Source: Styela clava (lineage: Eukaryota). Taken from it: DNA of 64,000 bases. The translations under genes were made by a program, and so were the position numbers. Every line of letters starts with the position of its first letter. Within the stretch, counting starts at the first letter, position 1. The DNA lies in assembly GCF_964204865.1 (NCBI RefSeq), contig NC_135261.1, forward strand, positions 12,090,001 to 12,154,000, read 5' to 3'. Shown here in pieces: positions 1 to 14,100 of the stretch. The notes beneath the pieces were generated by a model that was not told the DNA's origin, searched no databases, and saw only the letters and a list, made by a program, of their open reading frames with translations.

Positions 1-1353
1 GAAGATAAATAATTATATATATATATATATAAATGTGCAGTACGAAAACAGGAAACCGCCGTAATCTAGTATTTGACCGATATATATATATAAGTACAGT
101 TGACTTTGAGTTAAGAAAGTACAGTTGAACTAATTTTGCTTCAGTGGACGTCGAAGCGGCATGATTTCTTCAACGCATGACGCTATCGTCGATTCGTGGT
201 GATACTTCACATAGCCGTAAAAGATTATTATTCATGTGTATCTTGAACCGAATTTACTGTAGAACACAATGGCGAACGAATAATTTCAAGGTTACATCTG
301 CAGATTTTGTAATACAAGCTAATGTGAATGAAATTTAGGAACCATGTTTATTCGTTTTACGACAGTTTGTGATCACTAGTTTCAGCAAAGCATAACTTGC
401 TTTTGTTTTCATTCCGTAAAGTAATATTTATATTAAGGTGATAATTCTTTTTTCACTAAACATCAATATATACTGATATTTTGGTTTGAAGTTTTTCTTT
501 TCAACCCTACCGAGATATTGTTGCTACAGTGGTGTTGTAAATACTTTATATGGTAACAAAGAGGACCAAATCTATTTACTTTGAATACATTTTTCAAATG
601 TAGGAAAAATGTATAAAATCAAACAAAAACGACTACAGTTGATATAATATAGTTGTAACATCACATATATGAAAATCGCTTGAATTGTTCCAATTCAAAG
701 AGTACTTTCCATATAGGCACTGTGAATAAAATGAAGAAATGTACAATAAAACATCGGCTTCCTATTTGTTTATTTGGGCCGAGGGATTCGGTCAGTATTT
801 TGTGGCCTAAGACAGTCGTCTCAATGAAACATTTTTACATGTTTTTCACTTTATCGTCAATATATGTCGCTAAAAATAAAGCCCTGAGTCTACATCACAA
901 TTCATATATACATAACTCATATTGGATGAAATAACAAATACATTATCAATCTCTATGTTGTATACTTGGTTGAGGATCAATATTGGGTTTTAGAAATAAA
1001 TGATTATTTAAAAACGGGTGCCGCTGCACGATAACAATATTAGTTTTCCGCGTCTCCCTTCACCCTCTAATTCAAATTTCTTCCTATATAACTTAATGTA
1101 GCCTACTTTGTATGTTGTGAGTTCTTTTTCAGCATGGTAAAAAAATGAATTACTGATTACTAAAAACAACTTCGGAAAACCTTCAGGATGATTTGCAAGG
1201 TTTCATACTTTAAAAACAGAGGAAATCACTTTGCTAAATCGTTTTGTTATTCTATACATTTTTCGAAATTCATTAGTATATATATATCTATTTTCGGATA
1301 TTTAAAAATAGCTTTTTAAGTAACTCTTACAGAGTTATATTAACGACAACGAA

Positions 1354-4300
1354 ATGCAAATTCAAAATTTCTTTGAATATGTTGGATCAACCGGATATTA
1401 TCATAAACAATTATATGTGTTGGTCGGCCTAAGTTCGATACCAAACTTACTTATTGCCGTACATTTCGTTTTCACGTTCTACGAGCCAGATTTTCACTGC
1501 ATACCAACAATGGGTTGGAATTTTACACTTTCAGAAAACGTGAGTAATTAGGATAATGGAATATGTTTATCAATGTTTCGCTGAATTAGAACAAAAACAA
1601 TCCATGTCCAATAAATTTGTCTAAGTTACTGGGCACGATGGACTGGTGGTTAAAACGTTCGATTACGAACTTTAATGGGTCATTACTTAGAAGTGGTCTT
1701 GTTCGGAGTCAAAGTCGTATTTATATATCGCATAAGCAAATTGTTTGTAAATATTGTGTTATTAAAAGCAATGGTTACTTTGTAATATGCGATGTAATGA
1801 ATATGTACCGCTGATTATGATAATGTAGAAGGGAGTGATAAAATTACATTACAAATTGCAATATTACGTTTTAATTAATATATATCTATTTCAAATTTTT
1901 GTTCGCACGCTCAGTACGCGATGAATTAAATTCATATGAAACAATTTCCAGGAAAGGATGTAATAATACTTTTTTAATTTTTAAGATTTCTGAGGAATCT
2001 TTCAAGTATATGCTAAATACCTCAATACCGCTGTTACAAGATGCAACGGGAAATTTGAAGAGAAGCCAATGCCTAATGTACAACCTTACCACTCCACCCC
2101 TAGAAAATGAATCGCCGGTTTGTTGATATAGCCTGTCAGGAAATATCTAATTCTATGTTGTCATATAATGTATTCAAGGGTTTACAAAATCCATTATTCA
2201 GATATAGAGTAAATAAATAATATGCATTTTCGATTAGGACTTAACTTTGTAGATATTTATAGTTTCATTAAAACATACCAGTGAGCAAAATATATATTAC
2301 ACAATAAAAAAAACTGTTATTTTCTGATTTTTTTTAGATCGCACCTTCTCCTAACACAACTGACGTCATTCCATGTGTAAATGGATATAAATATCATTTC
2401 AAAGATTACCAAACAAGTTATCTAACGGAAGTAAGATGTGTTGTTCGTTGTGTGTATTTCTATTCCACTACTTGCAGATGTTCCAGTGTGGCCCAACAAA
2501 AACCTTTAAAAAATTCAAACATCGGTCATTAAAATAGTCAATATATTAGTAAATATGTGAAACCAACAACCTTGAATTGATGTCTAATTTTTGTAAAAAG
2601 AATATTACAAGGCACACAAACAGATCTGAAAGAACAGAAAAAACATTAATAGCATTCTTGTTTCAATAATACATTCAGAATCACTTCTATCCATATATAA
2701 CCACGGACTATATTTTATTCAATCTTTCCAAACATCGTTATATCGACCTATAGCCAACCTACTTGGTATCATTGAATAAAAAACTGTCATTTTTTTTAAA
2801 TGAGAAGGTAAATATTTTGTTCTCCGTACATAAATAAGCTTTCACTTTTTTAGTTCGACATCGTTTGTGACGACTCATGGAAAGCTCCTCTTGCTGTCTC
2901 TATATTTCATGTTGGGATGGCAGTTGGGTCCTTATGTGGATGTTTAGCTGACAAGTACGGAATAATGTAGCGTTCTAGTTATTTTATAAAAGATCATAAA
3001 TTATACAACATCCACGTCTGATTAGATTTTGACCAGCATTCCGTCAAGGGTCTAGTTTGGTACGAAATAATAATCTGAACTGAAGAATGGATTACGGTCT
3101 TTATGTAAAAAATACGCCAGTTTTTAGGTATTTTGTCACATATATATTGTAAATTGTGTTCAACATCCCAATTTAATCAAAATATAAACACCATTTGCGA
3201 ATACTCAAATTCTGAACAGTGATCATTCATTGGACAGTTGAACAGTGGATCACCCATGAAAATTATCTGAAACTTAGCATTACTTTCTAAAAAAATACCT
3301 CATGATTCTGTATTTGACATTAAAATAGCATATAATACCTGTCACATTTGTCTTAGATTCGGGCGTAGACCAGTCATTCTCTGGACCGCCATGGCACAGG
3401 TTGTTAGCATGCTCCTCATGTCATTCTCCTGGAACTACATATTTTTTGTATGTTGTATATTTGTATCAGGAGTCGCATCAATTATGAACTATGTTCCCTC
3501 CTTTACATTGAGTAAGTAATAGCAAAGCAAACACGAAAAGAGTAAACGAATGCCACATAAAGACATTCATAAATTAGAATAAAACAAGTTAGAATTGTCA
3601 TATATCTGTTTTAAAACTTGGTTTGATAAACATAGATGAAAGCAATGGGTCAAGAGACCTGGCTGTTTCAACATTACATACCCATTTTGCTAGACTCTAA
3701 AACGAGTCTATATAGATTAGGTGATGACTTCTGGTTGAATTCTGGGATAACCAAGATTCTTAAACTAAAGCAATAATCTGTCGAGCTAATAGTTCTAACT
3801 ATGAGATAATAAATATTATGTCTCCATTGAGTGCAGAGGGCCAATGCTTTAATTAAAAATATATTTCAGTGGCTGAAATGTCTGGGATTGAATGGAGAAA
3901 TTTCTTGTCAATTGGGAGTTGGTTCACATACTCCTGTGGTTATATCTTTGCTGCTGGATTTGCATATTTCTTTCAAACCTGGAGATGGCTTCTCAGAGTG
4001 ATTTCGATATTCAGTTTACTGATTTATCTGCCTTCGTTTTGGTGAAATCAATATTTTCTTTCAAATATATGCTTTCTATTTCTTACATATAGATTATAAC
4101 ATTACGCTACACAAAATGTCAAACTGATATAGGCTAATTCCCAGATTCAGTTTTGCACTATAGCTAGGAATATGTGCTTGGGATTTTTTATTATCATGTA
4201 AGATTCCTTCTATTTTTTGTTTTGATTCTAGTTTGTTGCCTGAATCGGCTCGTTGGCTACTGACTAAAGGAAAACGAGATGAAGCGAACAAAGAACTTAT

Positions 4301-7300
4301 GAAGATAGGGGCATTGAATAATAAACTATGTGATATCCAAACTATGCTGAAAGTATATATATAATTTTAATTTAACGAACACGAAAGTTTGTTCACGGGA
4401 AACATTCCTCAAGTATGCCCAGCAGGAGATTATATCAACGATTTCCACAAAATAGTCACATTATGACATTGAACGAAATATAAACGTTCACAACAATTCG
4501 TTTTTTTCGCATTTATCTTATTTCTAGGCATGATTTTCTTATAAAGCATTATTCGGAGTCTTCTTCGTCGTTTGTTACCAAGGTTTTATATTTGCACCTC
4601 AATGGTGATACCACTTTACCACATCTGGAATCACACATGAAATTTTTGGACAATTTTAATAGTGTCTTTCTGAAAATATTTTTTTTCATATAATTTGATA
4701 TTATTGTTAACAAGTCTAACCGTTTCTATCACTTATTTTCTTAATAAGGAAAATCCTATCGAAATAGATGAAGAAAAGTCAACAGGATTGTGGAAGTCAC
4801 TAAAAGTTATGTTCAGGAAAGAAATCAGGACGAGATGCTTGGTAGCGTGTTTTTCGTGGTGAGTTATAAACGTTTCGGCAATGTTTATGGTACTCCCGAA
4901 GTATGTGAACCAATATGGCGGACACCAGAACGTAATATGTGTACCAGGTTAGGGTTAGGACATAATTTCAGGTACAAATACTACGGAAGTCACTTGGCTA
5001 GTCCCCGAACACGTTATAGAACTGCAATATAGAAAATTGGAATAAAATTAGGTCCCAACCCTAACCTGGTACACATATAACGTTCCGGTGTCAGCAATCT
5101 TGGTTCACATACTTCGGGAACACCATGTTTATTACATCGTTTGCATTGTATTCAATACGACCAATCGGGAAAAAACTACTCTGACATGGAATAAATACAA
5201 CAGATATATATATATGTAATTTATTTGGTGGCTTATTGGCGATGTTGATTCTCTCTATCTCCATTGATTGCGTTGTTGCGCGTTACACATTAGTATTCAT
5301 CTTATTCATTTTAAATCAATTTTCAGTTTATAAGCAATTTTCATATTATATAAACTAAATTATTTTCAACTAAAGAGACTCACTTTATCTACCGATATCT
5401 TAATTTATAATCGTACGTACCTATGTCTTTGCATATAACGATTCCTAGCATGTCGAATTATTTCCAATTTATGTTAATTTTAATGTATATAGCCTGCCTA
5501 GTTAGTTTTAATCAAATTATTATTTAAATTATTATTTAAATTATTATTTAAATATATATTGGGAATTAGTAATATATGATATAAGATATTATCTTATATA
5601 AACTACATGTAACTTATCATACTATTACAGGTTTGTGGCATGCTTTGCGTACTTTGCAATCGCCCTGTATTCTTCATATTTCAGCCAAAATCTCATATTG
5701 AATTGCTTATTTTCTGGACTTTCTGATTTCCCTGGTTTGGCTATGGCTTACTTTCTTGTCAAATATATTGGACGTCCCAGATCAATCCTAGTCTCAATGC
5801 TAATCAGTGGAGTGTCGAGCTTTTCCCTGCCGTTTATACCAAGTGGTAAGTATATATTCCGTTGGGTGGATTCGCAGTCGCACAAATGTAATAACTGCTG
5901 TGTGAATCTAGTTATAATATATTCTGGAGTGAATGCCATAAAGGCAACCAAAAAGAATTCAGGTCTGAGATTTGAAGCTGGATAATATTCAGGATTTATA
6001 TTTGACGTTGCAACTTGGTGTTTTACCCTAAACAACGAGTGTCGCCTGAAAATAACAGAATTCCCGAATAATTAATTATCTATGCATATTGGATGCGCAG
6101 TACAAAATGAAGTGATCCCCCTATTTGTATGTTCTAAAAACTTTCATTCGTTTGAAACTCTAAAATTATGGTGAAGTTAAGGTAAGTATTATTTTTTACT
6201 ATACAGATTTGCATGTCTGGAAAACAGTAGCAGCCATGTTTGGGAAACTTGCAGTTTGTGGAATGTTTTATATTGTTTACATTACGACGGCAGAAATTGC
6301 TCCAACTCCACAAAGAGCAACAATAATGAGCTTTGCTTCGACATGTGGACGTATAGGAGGATTAACTGCACCTTTTCTTATGTATGCAAGTGAGTCTAAA
6401 TTCTCTCACAACTTTTTTTATGAATTTTATTGCAAATAAAGGTGTAATCCGGAAGGTAGTATGTAGGGCTGGGCATTTTCGAATACCTTGTGATTTCAGA
6501 ATCGAATCGAATAACTTTTTCGAATCGAATCGAATCTCGAATACTTGATAATATATAATTTTAAGCGACTTTATTATAGTAATTGATCCTCTCAACAAAT
6601 GAATTACTGAAGACATGGAATAAATCACCCAGATAGATTACTGAGCGTTCACACAGAATAACAAACACGTTTTATCAATAACTCACTACAGAAAATAGTC
6701 ATATGTTAGAATTTCGTTGAATAAATATGACTCTAAGGAAAAAAAAATTGGGAAAAATTGGGAATTCACCTCGACCATTAGCGGAAAGATAAGAACAAGA
6801 TGGCGGTGATTCGAAATTTAGCTCTGAACCGATTCGAATAATTTACTATTCGATTCGATTCGAATATTCGATTCGAAATGCCCAGCCCTAGTAGTATGTA
6901 ATTTTGTGTTGGTGTATCTTATTCAGAAAAAGGACACAAAAGTTTCTTTGCAGACTAAAAACTTCTTTGCAGTGAAATGAATTCTAAGACTAAAATACTA
7001 TTTTGAAATATAATACTTTGTTTATAAATTTTTCTCACTGCAGGTAAAATTCAAGATGTAATTCCTTACGCTGTAATGGGAATATTAGCTGTAATTTGCG
7101 GCCTATTATCAGTTTTATACATCCCGGAGACAAAAGGCGTTCCAATACCTGATACAGTTGAAGAGGCCGCAGCAAATAAAAGGTAAATGTTGATATGAAT
7201 AAATTATTTCATAGTATATTTTTATGGATAAACTCATGATTGCTGTACAATTCATTGAAATGTTTACTTTGGATAATAGTTGTTACAAGTTTCTGGTAAT

Positions 7301-7394
7301 TTTTAGATTCTACGGTTTCAGTGTTTTTAGCAGACCTGATGGAAAGTCAATCAAGACGGCTGTTGACCCTAAACAAACTGAAACACTTCTATGA
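1354..7394 (+). CDS. SLC22-family (MFS) organic ion transporter, 12 coding exons, about 564 aa
   Basis: Exons 1354-1539, 1986-2117, 2338-2430, 2854-2954, 3357-3511, 3870-4041, 4232-4352, 4749-4858, 5631-5845, 6207-6389, 7044-7182, 7307-7394. All junctions are GT-AG with consistent phases (1695 nt). Motifs: Cys-containing first extracellular loop ending in EFDIVC, ADKFGRRP, PESARWL, IGRPRS, EIAPTPQR, PETKG and a C-terminal ETLL (class I PDZ-type). Confidence 0.93.
4889..5124. mobile_element. MITE with GG..CC termini and 8-bp TSD (Merlin-like), in SLC22 intron 8
   Basis: Long imperfect TIRs (GGTACTCCCGAAGTATGTGAACCAA.. / ..TTGGTTCACATACTTCGGGAACACC), flanked by a perfect ATGTTTAT at 4881-4888 and 5125-5132. 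Superfamily inferred from termini and TSD only. Confidence 0.85.
6464..6890. mobile_element. hAT-type MITE (TAGGG termini), in SLC22 intron 10
   Basis: TIR TAGGGCTGGGCATTT / AAATGCCCAGCCCTA, subterminal (TCGAA)n motifs, and a perfect 8-bp TSD GTAGTATG at 6456-6463 and 6891-6898. Confidence 0.9.
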
Positions 7395-8153
7395 AAACTG
7401 GTGACAAAATTATATACCAGCCTTTACCTACTTTGACAAATATATTATTTCAACATCGCATAGTTTGTTATTCCAAAGTCAATCACAGGAAATTTAAAAA
7501 TACCATTTCAGTCCCAGCACAGTGAAAGCCAAACTACGACTTTTACAGCACCGGTTTCTATACAACCATATCGCCACGCCATTTTGAATTTAATCAAAGA
7601 TTTATAGTTGACACATTTGTGGCAAACTGTATGGTATCCTCAAAGTCAACCCTGTTGAAGTTGGTCACAATTCCGTCGCTTACTTAATTTTATGGGTTCC
7701 ACGCCACACGATTTTCGATTCATTGCACTGTGAATAAAGCGCTGGCATAGAAGTTGTGCCCGAGATTTTAACCTACAATGCCAACATAAAGTGCAATGCT
7801 GTAACAACTTGATGATCACTTCTAAAACTTCAGTTTGAAGCATGTTACCAGGTTCTACTAATCCCATCGAATGAGTGAGTACCTATTAACCGAGCAAATG
7901 TTGACAACAAATGTACCAATTGTACACACGGAAAAAAGGATATAAATGGGGCATTTATTAGTATATATAAGTTGGTAGTTTTTCGTCCAGGGTAAACCCA
8001 CTAGTTTGAAAAGTAAACGTTTCAGTAAATGTAGCTCGCGTTGACGTATTGCTCCAATGAGTAAAAATTGTTCACATGATTATTCAAGGCGCATATCATC
8101 GCCCGGCAAAGATTTATGCTGATTGATTACATTGTTTTTGCACTTCATGTACT

Positions 8154-11100
8154 TTACTCGTGACTAGATGGATTTTCTGCTCTCATGGAATTTGGACCTT
8201 TTATATGTTGTGAGTGTGGCTCTATCATATATGATGTGCAAAGTGCTATGGCCATGATGGTTACGTGACTGATCACAATCATTGCAAAATACAATCGCAG
8301 AAAAAATTTATCCATCATTAGAGCAATTTTCTTCCACTCGTTTTCCATTTCTGAATCAATATTCTTCTCTCTTACGTCGTTGATTACATCTTTCATTGTA
8401 TCCAAAACATCAGTTATTTTTCCGAAAATTTCAACCATGTCTGTGTCATTTTTGAGTTTCTTTTTATGAGATTGTAAATTTTCTTCACGTTTATCTGTCG
8501 TCCTGTGAGACGAGTTTCTATTTTGATCTGGGAATCGGTTACGTCTTTTTCGAAAAATAGGTGCTCTAGATTCACTATATGTACATTGTGGTATGCGAAA
8601 TAGAGATTTATCCTCGCCCGTAGGACCACCGTCTGCCCTAATTTCATTTCGATCGTATAGATATTTTCTGAAATGTTTTTTTTGCTAGAAAGAACAAAAA
8701 AGGTATTATTTGACAATGGAATAGATTCTTTTCATAGTTATCTCACAATACAAAAAATATCCTATACAAATATGAATTCAATAACATAAAAACGAGATTA
8801 TCGGTTAGAGACCGAAGACTTATCGATCGAAAGTTAGGGGATCCCCCAAAACAGCGCTCTTACTCCATAGTGACACCTTGTGTCACATCACTAATTAATT
8901 AATAACCTGCTAATTATACGACATAATTCATCCAAAATCAATAGGCTTCTGGTAAGACATATGATGAATGCACATGCAAAATCTGGAGCAGATTCAATCT
9001 CGCTTTCGTGAGATATCGCGTGCATCTAACAGACAGACAAACAAACAGACAGACAAATACCTATCAACATACTAACCGATTAAAATCGATAAGTAATTAG
9101 CCGCGTCACTTACCGGATACCGATTCATGCTTACTTGTGAACCCATTTTCAAAGGTGGAGTTATACATTCTCTGAACAGTGATCCATCACTAAGCGATCC
9201 TGGCGAAACATCATTTACACATTCATCGCATCTATTCAATCTTGCACTTCTTTTAATTGAAAATACTCTTGATCTTTGGTACGGGGGAGAAGAATGATCG
9301 CCATATAAATGCAGTTTGCTGTGTCGAAAATGGTATTCTCTCTTATTTATAATTCTACCGCCAGGTGGCGATGTGTGTTCATCTACTTCTTTCAAACACG
9401 ACAGCATGACGTTACATAAACAACTCTTTGCTACGCGCGGTCGTGGAGATTTGTCTCTATTAGTGGATTTTTTATCGGAAATTCTACCAACACCTAAAAT
9501 AAAATGAGTGGACAATAACAAGTGTAACAACAAGAAGATAAGTTTAAAAATGCTTCCAAAACGCTTTAAAATTCATTGATTACCCGTTGCTTGTTGCTTG
9601 TGGGTTGTATAGAAGTGGGCTGGTTTTGACATTTTCTAGCAGGTATTATTTATCTTTTCTAATTCTCTTCTTTATACTTTGCGCTGTTAACATTTTTAAA
9701 TTATGTGATAGAAGTATCCGTAAACATTATTCACTCTACCAGATTTCTGATCTCCCAAAAAATCTCTAAATTCTTCGAGTTGAGTAACATCAAAAAAGCA
9801 ACAACGACCAAGTTGAAACAAAAATGTTTTGATCCACGTCGGAACCGGTTTACACGGATGATAATATAACCGAAGTACAAGAACTGTCATCAACAAATTT
9901 ACCGCAAGTAGGAAGATACATATCACGTAATACGTCCCTAAAATGAAAATATATGGTATCAGTTAATCAAATTCTTTCTATAGATGATGCTTTATTCATA
10001 ACATTTTTTCGTCTTACCTAAATAAGGTCCAGTCGAAGCTGGAAACATTTCACAAACTGTTAGAAGAAATACCATAAATGTCAAAAGTATTGTAATCTGC
10101 AATCCTACTCTTTCACCGCTATCTGGAGGAAGAAAAAATCCCAGCAGAGCAATTGATGTCAAAAGGATGCTGAATAATTTAAAAATAAGGAATAATTTGT
10201 TTTTTCATTATTTTGCTTGATAGTGGCTGAATGTTTTGAGTTTGTAGGCTAGACATTGGGTTCAAGCTTTGGTTCGTCACGCCAACCTCCTCGAAAAAAA
10301 TAAATATAACAACCCGAATAGACTATCCGTGTAGTCTTTAATTAATGCTCCAATCACTTAAAATAATCATGTTTTCATCTATCAGTAGTAAATTGTTTTC
10401 CCAGAGTCTTGTTAGAAGCAAAGATGCATGCGGTTTTTATTTATGAGAGGAAATGAAATAAAATGAGCATATAAGACTTATGGTTATGGTGTTCTATTTG
10501 ATCAACATCAATATTGAGCAATTAATTATAAAATAGTTAATCACTCAAAGGGCTCTGTCACAAATTCATAAAATGTAATCGTTTTTTCTACCTTGGAAAC
10601 ATCATGCTTTGCATGTAGAAAGATGAATTTCTTCTTAGTGTAACTGTAAAAACAACTTCTGGCCAGTCAGTATAATCAGAAGCAGATTCCACCATTATGC
10701 TCGAATAATTTGCAGTCTGAACAAAACGATCGTAAATAGTAAGTACTTCAGCGATTCATTTGTTTCGAAAACTAATCTCAGAACAACCATTATTTGATAA
10801 TCAGTTAAATATAGGTTATTGTAAAATTCTCGCGAAATAAATCATGTAATCGTATAAACCTTTGAAGAATGAAAATTGAAGTAATATATATAGGTATCAT
10901 AATGTCTTTCTCTATGATATAATATGCTTGTAATAATTATTAGAATACGAAACTGAAAACCAAACAGCTAAACTGTTAAACTAAAAAAGTTTGAATAGAA
11001 ATTATAAACAATGGATAAACTAAAAAAAATATTTTGTGTAAAGCATGCCGTAATCACTTTTTAACCTCGGAATACTAATATACTTTAAATACAACGTCAA

Positions 11101-14100
11101 ATGCGTACGTTAATCATTATTAGTTAATTATATTGTCATATTCCCTTCTACCTCAATAACTTAACGACACCGTAATCCTAATAAAGTCGATTACTGCCAA
11201 AATTATTGAGTGATTTTCATGAAACAGTTTAAAGGTTAACATGCGTAAAAGTTGCTGTCGCGAATAAAACCATTTTTTCGTAAAACATGTTTATCAGAGT
11301 GACCGGATCATGAGCTTATTGATTCAATATCATTATTCATTTTATATTTCTGAAATGCAAATATATTATAATTTTAGGTGATGTTCTACAGTGTTTCTGA
11401 TATATCACCAGTAAACCAGTATACTCTCGGTCGATAAGTTGTATAAACAATACTGGGATATAAATCTCACATAACAGAAAAACTTAAATATTTTGCTTCA
11501 AGTTTCTAAACATGTTGTGGAGAGTTTGCGATAAGAATTGATTAATCCATTCTTCAAAATTATCTTTATATATTTTTTTTGCGTTACATTAATATTATAT
11601 GATCGGGACTATGAATCAGGAGTTACATAATGCCTTGCCCTATATTGTAGTCAAATGCATAAATTTGATAGCAATTATCGACCCGAATCGAAATAAAATA
11701 CCGAATACATGGAGTATTTTCTTAGACATTGAAGTAAATGTTTCCTATCTTCTAGATGCTAAAAAAGCGGCCTCAATTTTTTCCAAAACGATTTCTGATG
11801 GAATTATAATCAGAATCAATTTGATGAAACTGTCTCAAGACATCTCATCAACAAAAATGTATAAAGTTTGCCAAATGTAGACGAACTTTAGTTCCCAAAT
11901 ACTAATACGTGAGAATAAGAGAAAAATATTATTGCAAATTTTAAATATGCATGATTTTACAATTATTTTCGAAACACATTACAACATATTTAATTCCATT
12001 CTGTGTTACTCATATCATACTTTTTGATTGAAATGTTTATTTTTTACGGAGGATAAGTCCTATATGATATACTATACACGATACACTTCCCATCTTCCAC
12101 CTCATTAAGCGCATGCGTCAAACCATCAGGAATATAAATAGAGCCAATAACTCACTGTCGAAGCAAAAATTTGTATTTCGTATTCATAACAATCGCAGAT
12201 ATGTTAAATAAATTAATATACGTTATGGATTCACAGCTTGTAAAACAAAAAATTGTCAAATATTTGTCATTTACATAAGTGAGATTTGTCACATAAGCTA
12301 TACCACCCACCTGTATTTTGACTCCAACGTGTTGTAGTTTCCATTCTCCGGTATTGACAAATACTTGAATATCATTCACCATCTGCTCAGTTTTCCTCTC
12401 GGGCATGAGAGATATCTTGGATCCAGGATGAGTCCATGAACTGATTAAATATAAGTAGCGTAATATTCTAAGTTCAAGCATTTTACAAATCTTTAGGTTT
12501 CTTCAGGTTTGGCATATTAAGATTAAGTGAAGGATTCTCAAACTTTTAGTGTTGTCGAGCCCGTGGAGAGTTCGACTAATATTTACGAAGCCTCACAACA
12601 AATTTATAAAAATAAGAAAAAGCGTTTCTTTCCGATTAATTTTGCTGAGAAAATTAAAATTACTTCATTTAATCACTCGGATGTATTTGGTGCTTGTATT
12701 TAAAAAATATTCAAATTGCGATTCAATTTGTTAATAGAATTATTACAGGCTATAAATAAATCTGAATTTTGTTGATAAATGATATTAACGCTGTAAATTT
12801 GACACTCGACTAACATATCATTGGAGTAGTGTTGAAATGTGACAACAAGGCGGTAATTGAAATATGACATCATCGTTTGGTATTTGAAAATATTCAAATT
12901 GCGGTTCAATTTGTAAATGGGGTTAATACAGGCTATAAATAAATTTAAAGCCTTGTCAAGCTTAAATTTACTACACTAGTTCGACCTTTCCATAAATTGA
13001 CCGATTGCCAAAACTGAAAGATATCAGTAATACTCACACGCTTTTAAAGTAACCAAAAATCACATATAAATGATACACATTTGTCTTATTTTGTGAATTT
13101 TTTAAAATCGATCTCAACTCTAAAAAGATTCAGTATTATTACAGAAAATTAATAGATATACAGTAAAAGTATCAATAACAAAACAAGTATTGAAATTTGG
13201 AAAGATTGGTCCCTTAGTTTTGGAGAGAGGCGATCTTGTCACACTAACAAAAACAGCAATTAAGCAAAACGATCCATATATATGGCTCGTGCCAAATAAT
13301 TATAATACTGTACTCTTGAAAATTGCCATTACTTTAACCATGACTCCTCTAGGGTAATATACCTGAATGTCAGTGTACAATGCTGCACATCGAATGGGAA
13401 ATGCATTGTATTCATTGAACAAGTTGTTGTGAAAGACGTAGGTTCGTGGTACTCGACATGGCCGTCGTGATTGACTTTCACGAAAGGAAGTCTTGGGGAA
13501 TAATCTTTTGTTCCTGTTCTGAAAGAAAAATAGATTAATATAAGATGTGGTTATTTCCGAGAAACCCGAAGAAACTCGCCCGTGGCCTGAAAAGTGACGT
13601 TATTTGATAAATAGGTCGAAAAAGAATTTTGTATAAATTTAGCTTCTTTCTCTTAATACAAACCTGGTAGGAGCCAGATTTTTTTTAATTTCTGAAAATT
13701 CTGTGTTAAAATCGATGGAATGCGAGCTCCCCTAAAAACTCAATTTTGCTAAATTTAATTAAAGGAGTCGAATATCCGATCTAAAACTATCGATTCTTTC
13801 TCGAATCAAACGTTTTTATTTTCATTCTGGCCAGCCTTGACCCGGTATGAAACGCTAGACTATTCGTTATATAGATATAAGTTATAACGCTTTGTTCATA
13901 TACGGTAATAATTGATAAAATGCATGAGGGTGAAGCTCAACATCGGTGTCGGTACGGGCTTTTACCTCCGAGTTAGCTGTAATATTTTTATTCACGGACA
14001 AGCGTGACGGAGGCATTCAATGGGGTGGAATAAAAAAGTCTTCCCCTCCAATAAAAACGAGACAGCAAAATTTAGTGAATTATTGAGTTCCATAGGACCC

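Noticed and set aside
7395-8153. Antisense overlap of the SLC22 and receptor 3' UTRs
   Set aside because: Candidate AATAAA signals (+ at ~7733, - at ~7954-7959) would end both transcripts before they overlap. Only 3'-end data could show otherwise.
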